Shown one piece after another: positions 1 through 7,454 of a stretch of DNA of 64,000 nucleotides. Every line of letters begins with the position of its first letter. Position 1 is the stretch's first letter. Made by a program: the position numbers and the translations under genes. The notes beneath the pieces are model-generated. The model had not been told where the DNA came from, searched no databases, and worked only from the letters and a program-made list of their open reading frames with translations. This DNA is from an uncultured Acidobacteriota bacterium (GTDB lineage: Bacteria; Actinomycetota; Acidimicrobiia; Spongiisociales; ZC4RG35). The DNA is taken from assembly GCA_963778755.1 (NCBI GenBank), contig CAVZVJ010000011.1, positions 10,226 to 74,225 of the forward strand. Reading direction: 5' to 3'.

Positions 1-1
1 T

Positions 2-850
2 GCAAGTTCTCTTTCTCTCCTGCTGGTCGCATGTGGATCGGGCGAGCCGGTCGCGTCGAGCTCTTCGACAATCCAAACCACCAGCACCACCGTCAGGGTT
101 GTCCAAACGACGACCACGAGCACCCTTCCGGTCACGACAACCACCGCGGGTGTCTCCACCACAGAATCGTCTTCCGGTCTTCCCGGAGATCCCATCGACT
201 TTGGTCCGGCCGAGGGAGACATCGTGGCGGTGATCGGAGTCGCCCACGATGACGTGCTCAATCTCAGGGCCGCGCCCGGTGCCGACCAGGACATCGTCGC
301 CGGCATCCCGCCCTTGTTCTCCGACTTGATTGCAGCCGGGGAGACCCGCCAACTGGCGGCCTCGATCTGGATCAAGGTGGATTACTCCGGCCTGGAAGGT
401 TGGGTCAATCTGCGTTTCGTCGCGTATCTCGGTGCCACCAACGACGCCACGGCTGACGTGGTGGCCAATCTGGGGGAAACTCCTGTGGCGGAAACCATGC
501 CCGAGCTCGGGCTGATCGTCGCAGAGAGCGTCGCCAGCGATGAGCCCAAATCGAACATAATCATGAGTGTCGAACCGACCACGGGAGACCTCGGTGAAGT
601 GACCTACGACGTGATCGGGCTCGGCGATGACGCGGTTCGAGGACTGAGGCTTCACGTCTTCGGCCAACCGGGAATCGGTGGTTTCTCCCTGGCCTCCGTC
701 GAAGCGACCCCACTTTGTGGTCGGGGCGTCGACGACAGCGGCCTGTGCGTTCTGAAGGGGAACGTTTCTCGCACCGGGCCTTATGACCATCCGATTAGGG
801 GAGCAGTCCTCTCGTCGCCACACCAGATGAGACCGAACATGACCGCATAG
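2..850 (+). CDS. Lipoprotein with Thr/Ser-rich linker and SH3b-like domain (5' partial)
   Basis: The frame of ORF 224..850 stays open back to position 2: ASSLSLLLVAC-GSG lipobox, Thr-rich stalk, then VLNLRAAPG...GWVNLRFV SH3-like motif. The true stop may be near 754 (LCV then out-of-frame TGA) if one base is extra. Confidence 0.7.
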   Translation, partial: ASSLSLLLVACGSGEPVASSSSTIQTTSTTVRVVQTTTTSTLPVTTTTAGVSTTESSSGLPGDPIDFGPAEGDIVAVIGVAHDDVLNLRAAPGADQDIVAGIPPLFSDLIAAGETRQLAASIWIKVDYSGLEGWVNLRFVAYLGATNDATADVVANLGETPVAETMPELGLIVAESVASDEPKSNIIMSVEPTTGDLGEVTYDVIGLGDDAVRGLRLHVFGQPGIGGFSLASVEATPLCGRGVDDSGLCVLKGNVSRTGPYDHPIRGAVLSSPHQMRPNMTA

Positions 851-879
851 GCAGTTCATTCTCATAGAAGGAGGCAGCG

Positions 880-1416
880 ATGACTGCAATCGAAAGCGAA
901 AGAGGAACCACAAGGGCAGTCGGCACTCCACGCACCATGACGGTCCTGCTCACAGCAGGGATCCTGGCGATGGTCGTCGGGTTCGGCTCAATGGCTGGAG
1001 GCATCTTCGGTGTCTGGTACACGTATGACCACGCAGTGGCCCAGGACGTGGTGACGCCCGATGACGCGGCAATCCCGACGACACCGGTGAGAGGGCCGTT
1101 CACGATGTGGGCGCAGGCCGACATCATCACCCACCACCAGCTCGAGTCGACCGGGGGCCTCTACTACGCCCAGATGGACCGCACTGTGCCCCAGTTGGAT
1201 GAGAGCGGAGCAGTCGTTCTCGATGCCAATGGCGACCCGGTGATGGTCCCCAACGAGGCACGTGCCTCCTGGGTGACAGCCACCACTCTGATCACGGCAC
1301 TCGGCCTCGGAATGATGGCATATGCCCTATCGGCCTTTGCGATCGCAGTCGGGTTGACCCTGGTGGCCACCGGATTCGTATTCCTCTACATCCGCAAGCG
1401 GGCTGTGATCGTCTGA
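880..1416 (+). CDS. Conserved actinobacterial membrane protein, function unknown
   Basis: AGAAGGAGG RBS, N- and C-terminal TM segments, central GPFTMWAQADII...TGGLYYAQM motif. Confidence 0.75.
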   Translation: MTAIESERGTTRAVGTPRTMTVLLTAGILAMVVGFGSMAGGIFGVWYTYDHAVAQDVVTPDDAAIPTTPVRGPFTMWAQADIITHHQLESTGGLYYAQMDRTVPQLDESGAVVLDANGDPVMVPNEARASWVTATTLITALGLGMMAYALSAFAIAVGLTLVATGFVFLYIRKRAVIV

Positions 1417-1435
1417 TCCAAGATCACAGCGAATC

Positions 1436-1467
1436 GAATCGAGCCCCCAGCGCTGGGGGCTCGATTC
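1436..1467. terminator. Perfect 32-bp palindrome between convergent genes, probable bidirectional terminator
   Basis: GAATCGAGCCCCCAGC|GCTGGGGGCTCGATTC lies between the stops at 1416 and 1491. Confidence 0.7.
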
Positions 1468-1490
1468 GCGTAATGGCCTGATCCTGGTCG

Positions 1491-2180
1491 CTAACCCTTT
1501 CGGTCCTGTCGGAGCAAGGTCCGAACGGCTGAGTTCTTCCAGATGTTCGACATCTGATTCCACTGCCGCTTCTTGTCGATCAAAGCTGCCGACGAGGTCA
1601 CCACGGGATCGGTGACACCGAAGTGATTGGCAAGCTGGGTGAGGGTGTGGGTCCAGATCTTGTCCTCGAGACGCGAGGTGTAGAGCTTGAAACTCGCCTC
1701 GTATAGAGGGTCGTTGGCTCTCACCAGCAGGTGGATCTTGGCCACCGAGGCGCCGTCGTCTCCTTCGTGGGCGCTAAAGGTGATGATTGCGGCCCAGGGG
1801 TGGCCTTCGGGGGTCATGTATGACCAGGAACGCTCGTCGGCGTAGATCACCCGCACCCCGGTCGTGACCTTTGCCGGACCCTTGCCACCACCGATCACTG
1901 CCACCTCACCAGGGGTGATCCCACCTGCCGGGGCGTAGAACTTGTTGGAGGGGGGCCAGAACTCGCCGAAGTTCTCCTTCCAGGTGGAGATGATCACTTC
2001 TGGAGTCGGGCCCGGCACCACAACTTCGTAGGTCTTCTGCCAGAGCTGGCCGAAGCCTTGCAACGGACCGGTCGGCTTGCGTCCTTCGACATTCCCCTTT
2101 CTGGCTCCGTCGGCAACCTCTCCGACATGGAAGGCGTCTACCGGGTCAGCCCAGTTCTCGGCGTCTCTCGGCTCTGTCAA
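1491..2180 (-). CDS. Conserved hypothetical protein (possible START/SRPBCC-like fold)
   Basis: 229-aa ORF with AAGAAAGGA RBS; motifs QGFGQLWQKTY, MTPEGHP, RANDPLYE. The fold call is inference. Confidence 0.7.
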   Translation of the reverse strand: MTEPRDAENWADPVDAFHVGEVADGARKGNVEGRKPTGPLQGFGQLWQKTYEVVVPGPTPEVIISTWKENFGEFWPPSNKFYAPAGGITPGEVAVIGGGKGPAKVTTGVRVIYADERSWSYMTPEGHPWAAIITFSAHEGDDGASVAKIHLLVRANDPLYEASFKLYTSRLEDKIWTHTLTQLANHFGVTDPVVTSSAALIDKKRQWNQMSNIWKNSAVRTLLRQDRKG

Positions 2181-2204
2181 CTCGGTCCTTTCTTTGATTC
2201 TCGA

Positions 2205-2236
2205 ATCAGATCAGGGACGCGTTCCGTGACCGTTAC
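2205..2236 (-). promoter_or_regulatory. 11-bp direct-repeat site A plus candidate -10
   Basis: GTAACG-gtcac-GGAACG-N9-TCTGAT upstream of 1491..2180. Confidence 0.55.
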
Positions 2237-2265
2237 GAAACAGGGCATGGCGGGGAGGACGGGCG

Positions 2266-2297
2266 GTCACCGTCTCGTAACGCAAGTGGGGCACAAT
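2266..2297 (+). promoter_or_regulatory. 11-bp direct-repeat site B plus -10, leaderless start
   Basis: GTCACC-gtctc-GTAACG-N9-CACAAT, then 8 nt to ATG 2306. Confidence 0.6.
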
Positions 2298-2305
2298 CAC
2301 TCGAG

Positions 2306-3700
2306 ATGACGAACTTCGACGCGGTGGTGGTCGGCGCCGGGCCGAATGGCCTGGCCGCAGCCGCCGAATTGACGCGGGCGGGCCAGCGCGTGTTGGTGAT
2401 CGAGCAAGCGGATGTGATCGGGGGCGGCACCAGAAGCGAAGAGCTCACCCTGCCCGGATTTCTCCATGACATTTGCTCGGCGATCCACCCCCTCGGCCTT
2501 GCGTCGCCCTTCTTTCGGGACCTGGATCTAGACGTGGAGTGGATTCACCCCCGGATCCCGATGTCCCACCCCTTGGGCGGAGGGCGGTCTGGCGCCCTGC
2601 TCCGTGACGTAGGCGAAACGGCTGCCCTCTTTGGGCCCGACGCCGACCGTTACTCCCGCATCATGAACCCCCTTGTCGAGTCCGCCGATGAAGTGATCGA
2701 GGACTTCCTGGGACCGATGACGGTCATCCCCAAGAACCCGACCAGCTTCATCAGGCTGGCCACCAGGGGAGCCCTGCCGGCATCCACCATCGCCGGCGGA
2801 TTCTCCTCTACGGAAGGAAGGGCGGTATTGGCGGGGCTTGCAGCCCACGCCATCGCACCTTTCAGCTCGCCGCTGACCGGAGGGGTGGCATTGCTGTTCG
2901 CCACCACCGGGCACGCCTATGGATGGCCACTGGTGAAGGGTGGATCGCAGAGGGTGGCCGAGGCGTTGGCCAGGGTGGTTCTCGACGGGGGCGGATCCAT
3001 CGAAACCGGAAGGCTCGTGTCGTCTCTCGACGAGCTTCCGGATGTCGGCACTGTGATCCTCGACGTGATGCCCCGCGCCGCGGTCCATATGGGCGGGGAC
3101 CGCATCCACCCGATGCACCGGCGCAGGCTCTCGGGGCAACAGCCCGGCCCCGCGGTGTTCAAGGTCGACTGGGCTTTGGACGGAGCCATCCCCTGGCTCG
3201 ACGAATTCAGCCCCGATGCGGGCACTGTTCACGTAGGCGGTACCTGGGAAGAGGTCGCGGAGGCCGAAGATGCGGTGCATTCGGGCCGTCATCCGGAGCG
3301 TCCCTTCGTCTTCGTCGCCCAGCAATCGCTATTCGATGAGTCGCGTGCGCCAGCCGGCAATCAGGTTGCTTGGGGCTACTGCCACGTCCCCAGTGGCTCG
3401 GATCTCGATATGACAGACGCGATCGAAAGCCAGATCGAGCGTTTCGCCCCGGGTTTTCGAGATCTCATCCTCGGGCGGCACACGATGAACGCCGCCGCCT
3501 TCGAGGCCCACAACCCGAACAACATCGGCGGCGACATCGCCGGCGGGGGGTTCGGGATGAGAAAGGTCTTCCAACTGGGAGCCACCAGGCCCTATCACCT
3601 TGGTGACGGCCTGTATCTGTGCTCCTCAGCTACCCCGCCTGGCGCAGGTGTTCACGGCATGTGTGGCTACTACGCCGCCCGTGCGGCCCTGAGGGGTTGA
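2306..3700 (+). CDS. Phytoene dehydrogenase-like NAD(P)/FAD-dependent oxidoreductase (COG1233 type)
   Basis: N-terminal VVVGAGPNGLAAA Rossmann motif, HDICSAIHP, C-terminal SSATPPGAGVHGMCGY. Confidence 0.9.
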   Translation: MTNFDAVVVGAGPNGLAAAAELTRAGQRVLVIEQADVIGGGTRSEELTLPGFLHDICSAIHPLGLASPFFRDLDLDVEWIHPRIPMSHPLGGGRSGALLRDVGETAALFGPDADRYSRIMNPLVESADEVIEDFLGPMTVIPKNPTSFIRLATRGALPASTIAGGFSSTEGRAVLAGLAAHAIAPFSSPLTGGVALLFATTGHAYGWPLVKGGSQRVAEALARVVLDGGGSIETGRLVSSLDELPDVGTVILDVMPRAAVHMGGDRIHPMHRRRLSGQQPGPAVFKVDWALDGAIPWLDEFSPDAGTVHVGGTWEEVAEAEDAVHSGRHPERPFVFVAQQSLFDESRAPAGNQVAWGYCHVPSGSDLDMTDAIESQIERFAPGFRDLILGRHTMNAAAFEAHNPNNIGGDIAGGGFGMRKVFQLGATRPYHLGDGLYLCSSATPPGAGVHGMCGYYAARAALRG

Positions 3701-3713
3701 GTCGGGCCCAGCT

Positions 3714-4067
3714 TCAGACTGCAGCTAAGGCTGATGCCTCGTTGTCGTAGATGCCAATCGCTTCGTCGAGACGGGTCAGGGAGAAGATCTGGCGGTAGTG
3801 ATCGGACAAGCCATAAGCCAGGAGTTGGTGTCCGTTGCGCTGGGCGCGGATCAAGGTGGTGACCAGGAGCCCGATCCCGCCACTGTTCATGTACTCGAGT
3901 CCGTCGAAGTTGAGGATGATGGCCGTCACTCCGCCCCGAGCGGCCTCGTCGTGGGTTGCCGCGATCTCCTGCTCGGAAAATGATGTGATCTCGCCCGAGA
4001 TATCGATCACACGCACCCCGGGGGCAGCATCGCGAACTGTCATGGTCAGGTTGGACGTAGGCACCAT
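3714..4067 (-). CDS. STAS-domain anti-anti-sigma factor
   Basis: 117 aa, ILNFDGLEYMNSGGIGLL phospho-Ser loop, IFSLTRLD. Confidence 0.9.
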   Translation of the reverse strand: MVPTSNLTMTVRDAAPGVRVIDISGEITSFSEQEIAATHDEAARGGVTAIILNFDGLEYMNSGGIGLLVTTLIRAQRNGHQLLAYGLSDHYRQIFSLTRLDEAIGIYDNEASALAAV

Positions 4068-4076
4068 TGTCTCCAG

Positions 4077-4418
4077 TTATCTGGCTGCCACGGCAGCGTC
4101 TTCATCTTCGTAGATGGCCATGAAATCGGCGAGTCGGGTGATCTGAAAGACCTCCCGGTAGTGGTCGGTGAGACCGAAGGCCCCGATTTCCCTCCCCTCG
4201 GCCCGAGCCCGAGCCAACACACCGACAATGACCGCGATCCCGGTCGAGTTGATGTAGTCGACCTCACCGAAATCCAGAAGGACTCGACCCGGCTTCGAGG
4301 TCGCCTCTTCGTAGGCGCCCTCCAGGCCTTCCTTGGCAAGCCGGTTCACGGTCCCGGTCAGGTGCACCACACCTCCGTCGTCGCCCCAGGCGACTCTCGC
4401 CTCGAAGCCGTCGTCCAT
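4077..4418 (-). CDS. STAS-domain anti-anti-sigma factor
   Basis: 113 aa, LLDFGEVDYINSTGIAVI, VFQITRL; overlaps the upstream stop by 1 nt. Confidence 0.9.
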   Translation of the reverse strand: MDDGFEARVAWGDDGGVVHLTGTVNRLAKEGLEGAYEEATSKPGRVLLDFGEVDYINSTGIAVIVGVLARARAEGREIGAFGLTDHYREVFQITRLADFMAIYEDEDAAVAAR

Positions 4419-6007
4419 CAGGAGACTCCTTCTCTGTTCATGACAAGCTCCACGGTGTGGGTCTTGTCGTGGCTCTCGGTCTTGATCTCGTCAACCATTT
4501 GCCCGATCAGGAACAACCCCCAGCCACGTGGGGTCTGCTCACCGGCCAACTTGGCCTCGAGATCAGGGGTCTCGGCGTCGGGAATCGTCTTCTCACCACC
4601 CTGGTCGCTGACCAGGACACTCACATTTGTGGCCGTGGCCCTGACCTCGATCTCCACCGGTATCTCGGCGCGATTCTCGTTGCCATGCTCGATGGCATTC
4701 ATCACGGTCTCACCAACCGCGGTCTTGAGCCGTTCGAGCCGCGAGACCTCCATGCCCAGATTGCCGACGACCTCGGTCACCTTGGAGATCGCGATCCGCT
4801 CGTTGCCTTCCTCGCTAGGGACACTGAATTTGGCCAGCACCTCAGCCTCCCCAGCATCGAACGTCTTGGCGGATTCCTTGGCCGAAGCCGTGCGCCGGAC
4901 AACAACGAGGGTGATGTCATCCTCCTGCTCGGCGCCGGCACCGGTGAAGTTCTCCAGGTCACCGACCAGGGCCGCCACCATGTCGTCGTTTGAAGGCTTG
5001 ATGGCAACCCGCCCCATGAGGCGCCCGAACCCGTACATCTCGCCTTCACTGTTGTGGGCCTCGGTGATGCCGTCGCTGGTGAGCACCATCACATCACCGC
5101 GCTCCAGGCGGTAGGTTCGCTCGTCGTAAGGCATCCCTGGCATCAGACCGAGGGGCATCCCGGTCGCCCGCAGCTCGACCACTCCGTTACTGCTTCTGAC
5201 ATAGGGAAGGTTGTGCCCGGCATTGGCAAAAATGATCTCGCCCTGGCTGGTGTCGATGATTGCGTAGAGGCAAGTTACGAACATGGCCGGGGGGATCTCG
5301 GGCACGAGAGCCTCGTTCACTTCGGCAAGCACAGCCGAGGGCGAATCATGCTTTTGCGCTGCGGCCCGAAGCATCGACCGGCACGTCGCCATTACCAGCG
5401 CGGCCGGTACTCCTTTGTCAGTGACGTCGCCGATCACCACCCCCAGCCTTCCGTCATCGAGGGTGATGAAGTCGTAGAAGTCCCCGCCGACGGCGCGAGC
5501 CGGGCGATAGAAGGCATCCACGTGCCAACCCGGAATCGCGGGTAGCTCTTTGGGAAGCAATGTCTGCTGGATGAGGGCGGCGACCTGGAGCTCCTGTTGG
5601 ATTCGCTCTCTCTCCTTGGCCTCGGCCTGCTGCTCCCTCACCAACTGGGCGACCTTCATCGCCGGCGCCACCTGTGAGGCAAGACTCCCGAGAAGATGCC
5701 GATCGTCGGTCGAATAGGGCTGGTCCGAGAGGCGGGGCCCGAGATAGAGGGCTCCGAGTAGCTCACCCTGGCCGATGAGCGGCACGATGAGCTCGACGCC
5801 TCGGTCCCGCATCGACTGCAGCGCCTCGGACTCAAAGTCGACAGAGTCCAGCTCCAGGGGTGCTCCGGTGGATAGCAGGGCCGTTTCCAGGGGATCGCCC
5901 GGCGGAATCGGCACCGCGTCGATGACCCTGGTCCCTGGCGAAAGGGAGGTCTCGGGGGCCTCAGACGGGGCTTCCTCGGACTTGCGACGTCTCAACAACT
6001 GGACCAT
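4418..6007 (-). CDS. Partial GAF + SpoIIE/PP2C phosphatase + RsbW-like HATPase kinase fusion
   Basis: IVPLIGQGELLGALYLG (GAF C-half); VGGDFYD, IGDVTDKG, NAGH, SDGITEA, EDDIT (PP2C); ETVMNAIEHG, SDQG, RGWGLFLI (anti-sigma kinase). Confidence 0.9.
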   Translation of the reverse strand: MVQLLRRRKSEEAPSEAPETSLSPGTRVIDAVPIPPGDPLETALLSTGAPLELDSVDFESEALQSMRDRGVELIVPLIGQGELLGALYLGPRLSDQPYSTDDRHLLGSLASQVAPAMKVAQLVREQQAEAKERERIQQELQVAALIQQTLLPKELPAIPGWHVDAFYRPARAVGGDFYDFITLDDGRLGVVIGDVTDKGVPAALVMATCRSMLRAAAQKHDSPSAVLAEVNEALVPEIPPAMFVTCLYAIIDTSQGEIIFANAGHNLPYVRSSNGVVELRATGMPLGLMPGMPYDERTYRLERGDVMVLTSDGITEAHNSEGEMYGFGRLMGRVAIKPSNDDMVAALVGDLENFTGAGAEQEDDITLVVVRRTASAKESAKTFDAGEAEVLAKFSVPSEEGNERIAISKVTEVVGNLGMEVSRLERLKTAVGETVMNAIEHGNENRAEIPVEIEVRATATNVSVLVSDQGGEKTIPDAETPDLEAKLAGEQTPRGWGLFLIGQMVDEIKTESHDKTHTVELVMNREGVS

Positions 6008-6015
6008 GTACTCAC

Positions 6016-6047
6016 TTTCTAACTCGCGATCGTCTCGGAATCGTTAC
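6016..6047 (-). promoter_or_regulatory. 11-bp direct-repeat site C plus -10, inside the 3' end of the membrane gene
   Basis: GTAACG-attcc-GAGACG-N9-TAGAAA, then 8 nt to ATG 6007. Confidence 0.55.
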
Positions 6048-7254
6048 GAAATGCTGATTTGGTCCAAACCGCAATCGAAACAGGCTGCATGGTCGCGCTG
6101 ACCACACCCATCCAACCCTCGACCACCCGGTCGGCGTCGAGTTGATCCCGCAACGATCCCGCGAACCCATCCATCACTCGTTGCGTGTCGTAGTGGGAAC
6201 GGTTGAACCGACGATCCACCCAACCCTGGACCCGTCTCCGCACCGGGTTGAATAGCGCAGCCACAGCCAACGTGGTCGCCGCCACCACCAACTCGGACTG
6301 GTCCGGAAGCAATGTGGTCAACCAGGTGACCCCGGCCACATACACCGCTGCTAGAGCCACCACCACGACCGTGTATGAGACAGTTCGAGCGATGATCCGA
6401 TCGATCTCATACAAACCGTGGCGGGTAATAGCGATCGCAATCGCGGCGGCGGCCCCGATTCCCCACAACGAGAGAATCACCAAAATCGGGTCTATGCCAT
6501 GGTCTCCGATAAGCCCTTCGAGAAGGTTTCCCAGGACGAAAAGGATGGGGAAGGTCGCGAAGGCAGCAAAGAACCATCGGAACTGCTGTCTCTCGGTGCC
6601 ACGCGAGTGGCGAAAGCGGACAAAGAGGTCGACGATCGCAAGCAGGAACAGCGCAGCCATCACCCAACCGAGAGCCTCGACAATCGGATCGAGGAACTGG
6701 TCGGAACCAGGTATGTCGAATGGATTATTGGGTGGCGCGACATCTCCTTCTACAGGACCCGGTCTCGTCGCGCGCGCAGCAGCGTTCAGCACGGCAACGG
6801 GCAGAATCGCTCGTATCACCAAACGTCCTGCGCTGGTGGTGGCAGACCCCGTCGGATAGAGCAGCACCAGGATCACGACCAGCGTCACCGGAACCATCAC
6901 CACCCAAGTCGTCAACCAGGCAGCAAGGCCGCCCAGTGGGAGTGATCCCGGCACCGTGACCAGCGCATAGCGGCCGTAGGCACTGGCAAAGGCCCCCAAA
7001 CCCACGGAGAAGGTGATGCCCGAAAGGATCCAGCCGATGCGATTGGAGGGGCGACTGGAAACCAGCAGAGCTCCGACGAGGCCGAATCCAACGAATGCGG
7101 AGAAGAAGATGAGCCCCTCCAACACCGTCGACGGCGGATCCGGTGGCGAGACTGACGGGTTGAGAGGAGTCAACACAGCCGCCGCCACCATGCCGGCCAC
7201 TCCTAGCAGCCACATGGTCCAACTCAGGAGCGCAGCGCGGCGCCGAGACATCAA
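6019..7254 (-). CDS. Polytopic membrane sensor-like protein ending in the N-terminal part of a GAF-like domain
   Basis: About 9-10 TM segments, RPSNRIGW, ERQQFRWF, LYEIDRII, PVRRRVQGWVDRRFNRSHYD, TMQPVSIAVW; clear paralogue of 41311..42456. Confidence 0.85.
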   Translation of the reverse strand: MMSRRRAALLSWTMWLLGVAGMVAAAVLTPLNPSVSPPDPPSTVLEGLIFFSAFVGFGLVGALLVSSRPSNRIGWILSGITFSVGLGAFASAYGRYALVTVPGSLPLGGLAAWLTTWVVMVPVTLVVILVLLYPTGSATTSAGRLVIRAILPVAVLNAAARATRPGPVEGDVAPPNNPFDIPGSDQFLDPIVEALGWVMAALFLLAIVDLFVRFRHSRGTERQQFRWFFAAFATFPILFVLGNLLEGLIGDHGIDPILVILSLWGIGAAAAIAIAITRHGLYEIDRIIARTVSYTVVVVALAAVYVAGVTWLTTLLPDQSELVVAATTLAVAALFNPVRRRVQGWVDRRFNRSHYDTQRVMDGFAGSLRDQLDADRVVEGWMGVVSATMQPVSIAVWTKSAFRNDSETIAS

Positions 7255-7385
7255 ATTCCGCCCGAGATCTCACTGGCGAGAGCCCACATCCCGAAGACAG
7301 CAATGAGGCAGACAGCCAACGTCCGGGTCAGCCCTGAGATTGTCCGTGATGTCGTCAGGGCTCGACTCCGTCATTCATCGGCGGC

Positions 7386-7417
7386 AGCATGCCATTGCTT
7401 CGTTACGTAACCGCAAC
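7386..7417 (-). promoter_or_regulatory. 11-bp direct-repeat site E (degenerate first repeat) plus -10
   Basis: GTTGCG-gttac-GTAACG-N9-CATGCT upstream of 6019..7254. Confidence 0.45.
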
Positions 7418-7454
7418 CGAGCTGAACGAACGGGGGAAGCTGCGACCGGTTCAT

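Noticed and set aside
880-1416. Aromatic ring-opening dioxygenase LigA name sometimes attached to similar proteins
   Set aside because: The sequence is a two-TM membrane protein with no dioxygenase features.
2306-3700. Carotenoid biosynthesis cluster
   Set aside because: No crtB, crtE or cyclase nearby; this subfamily is often unrelated to carotenoids.
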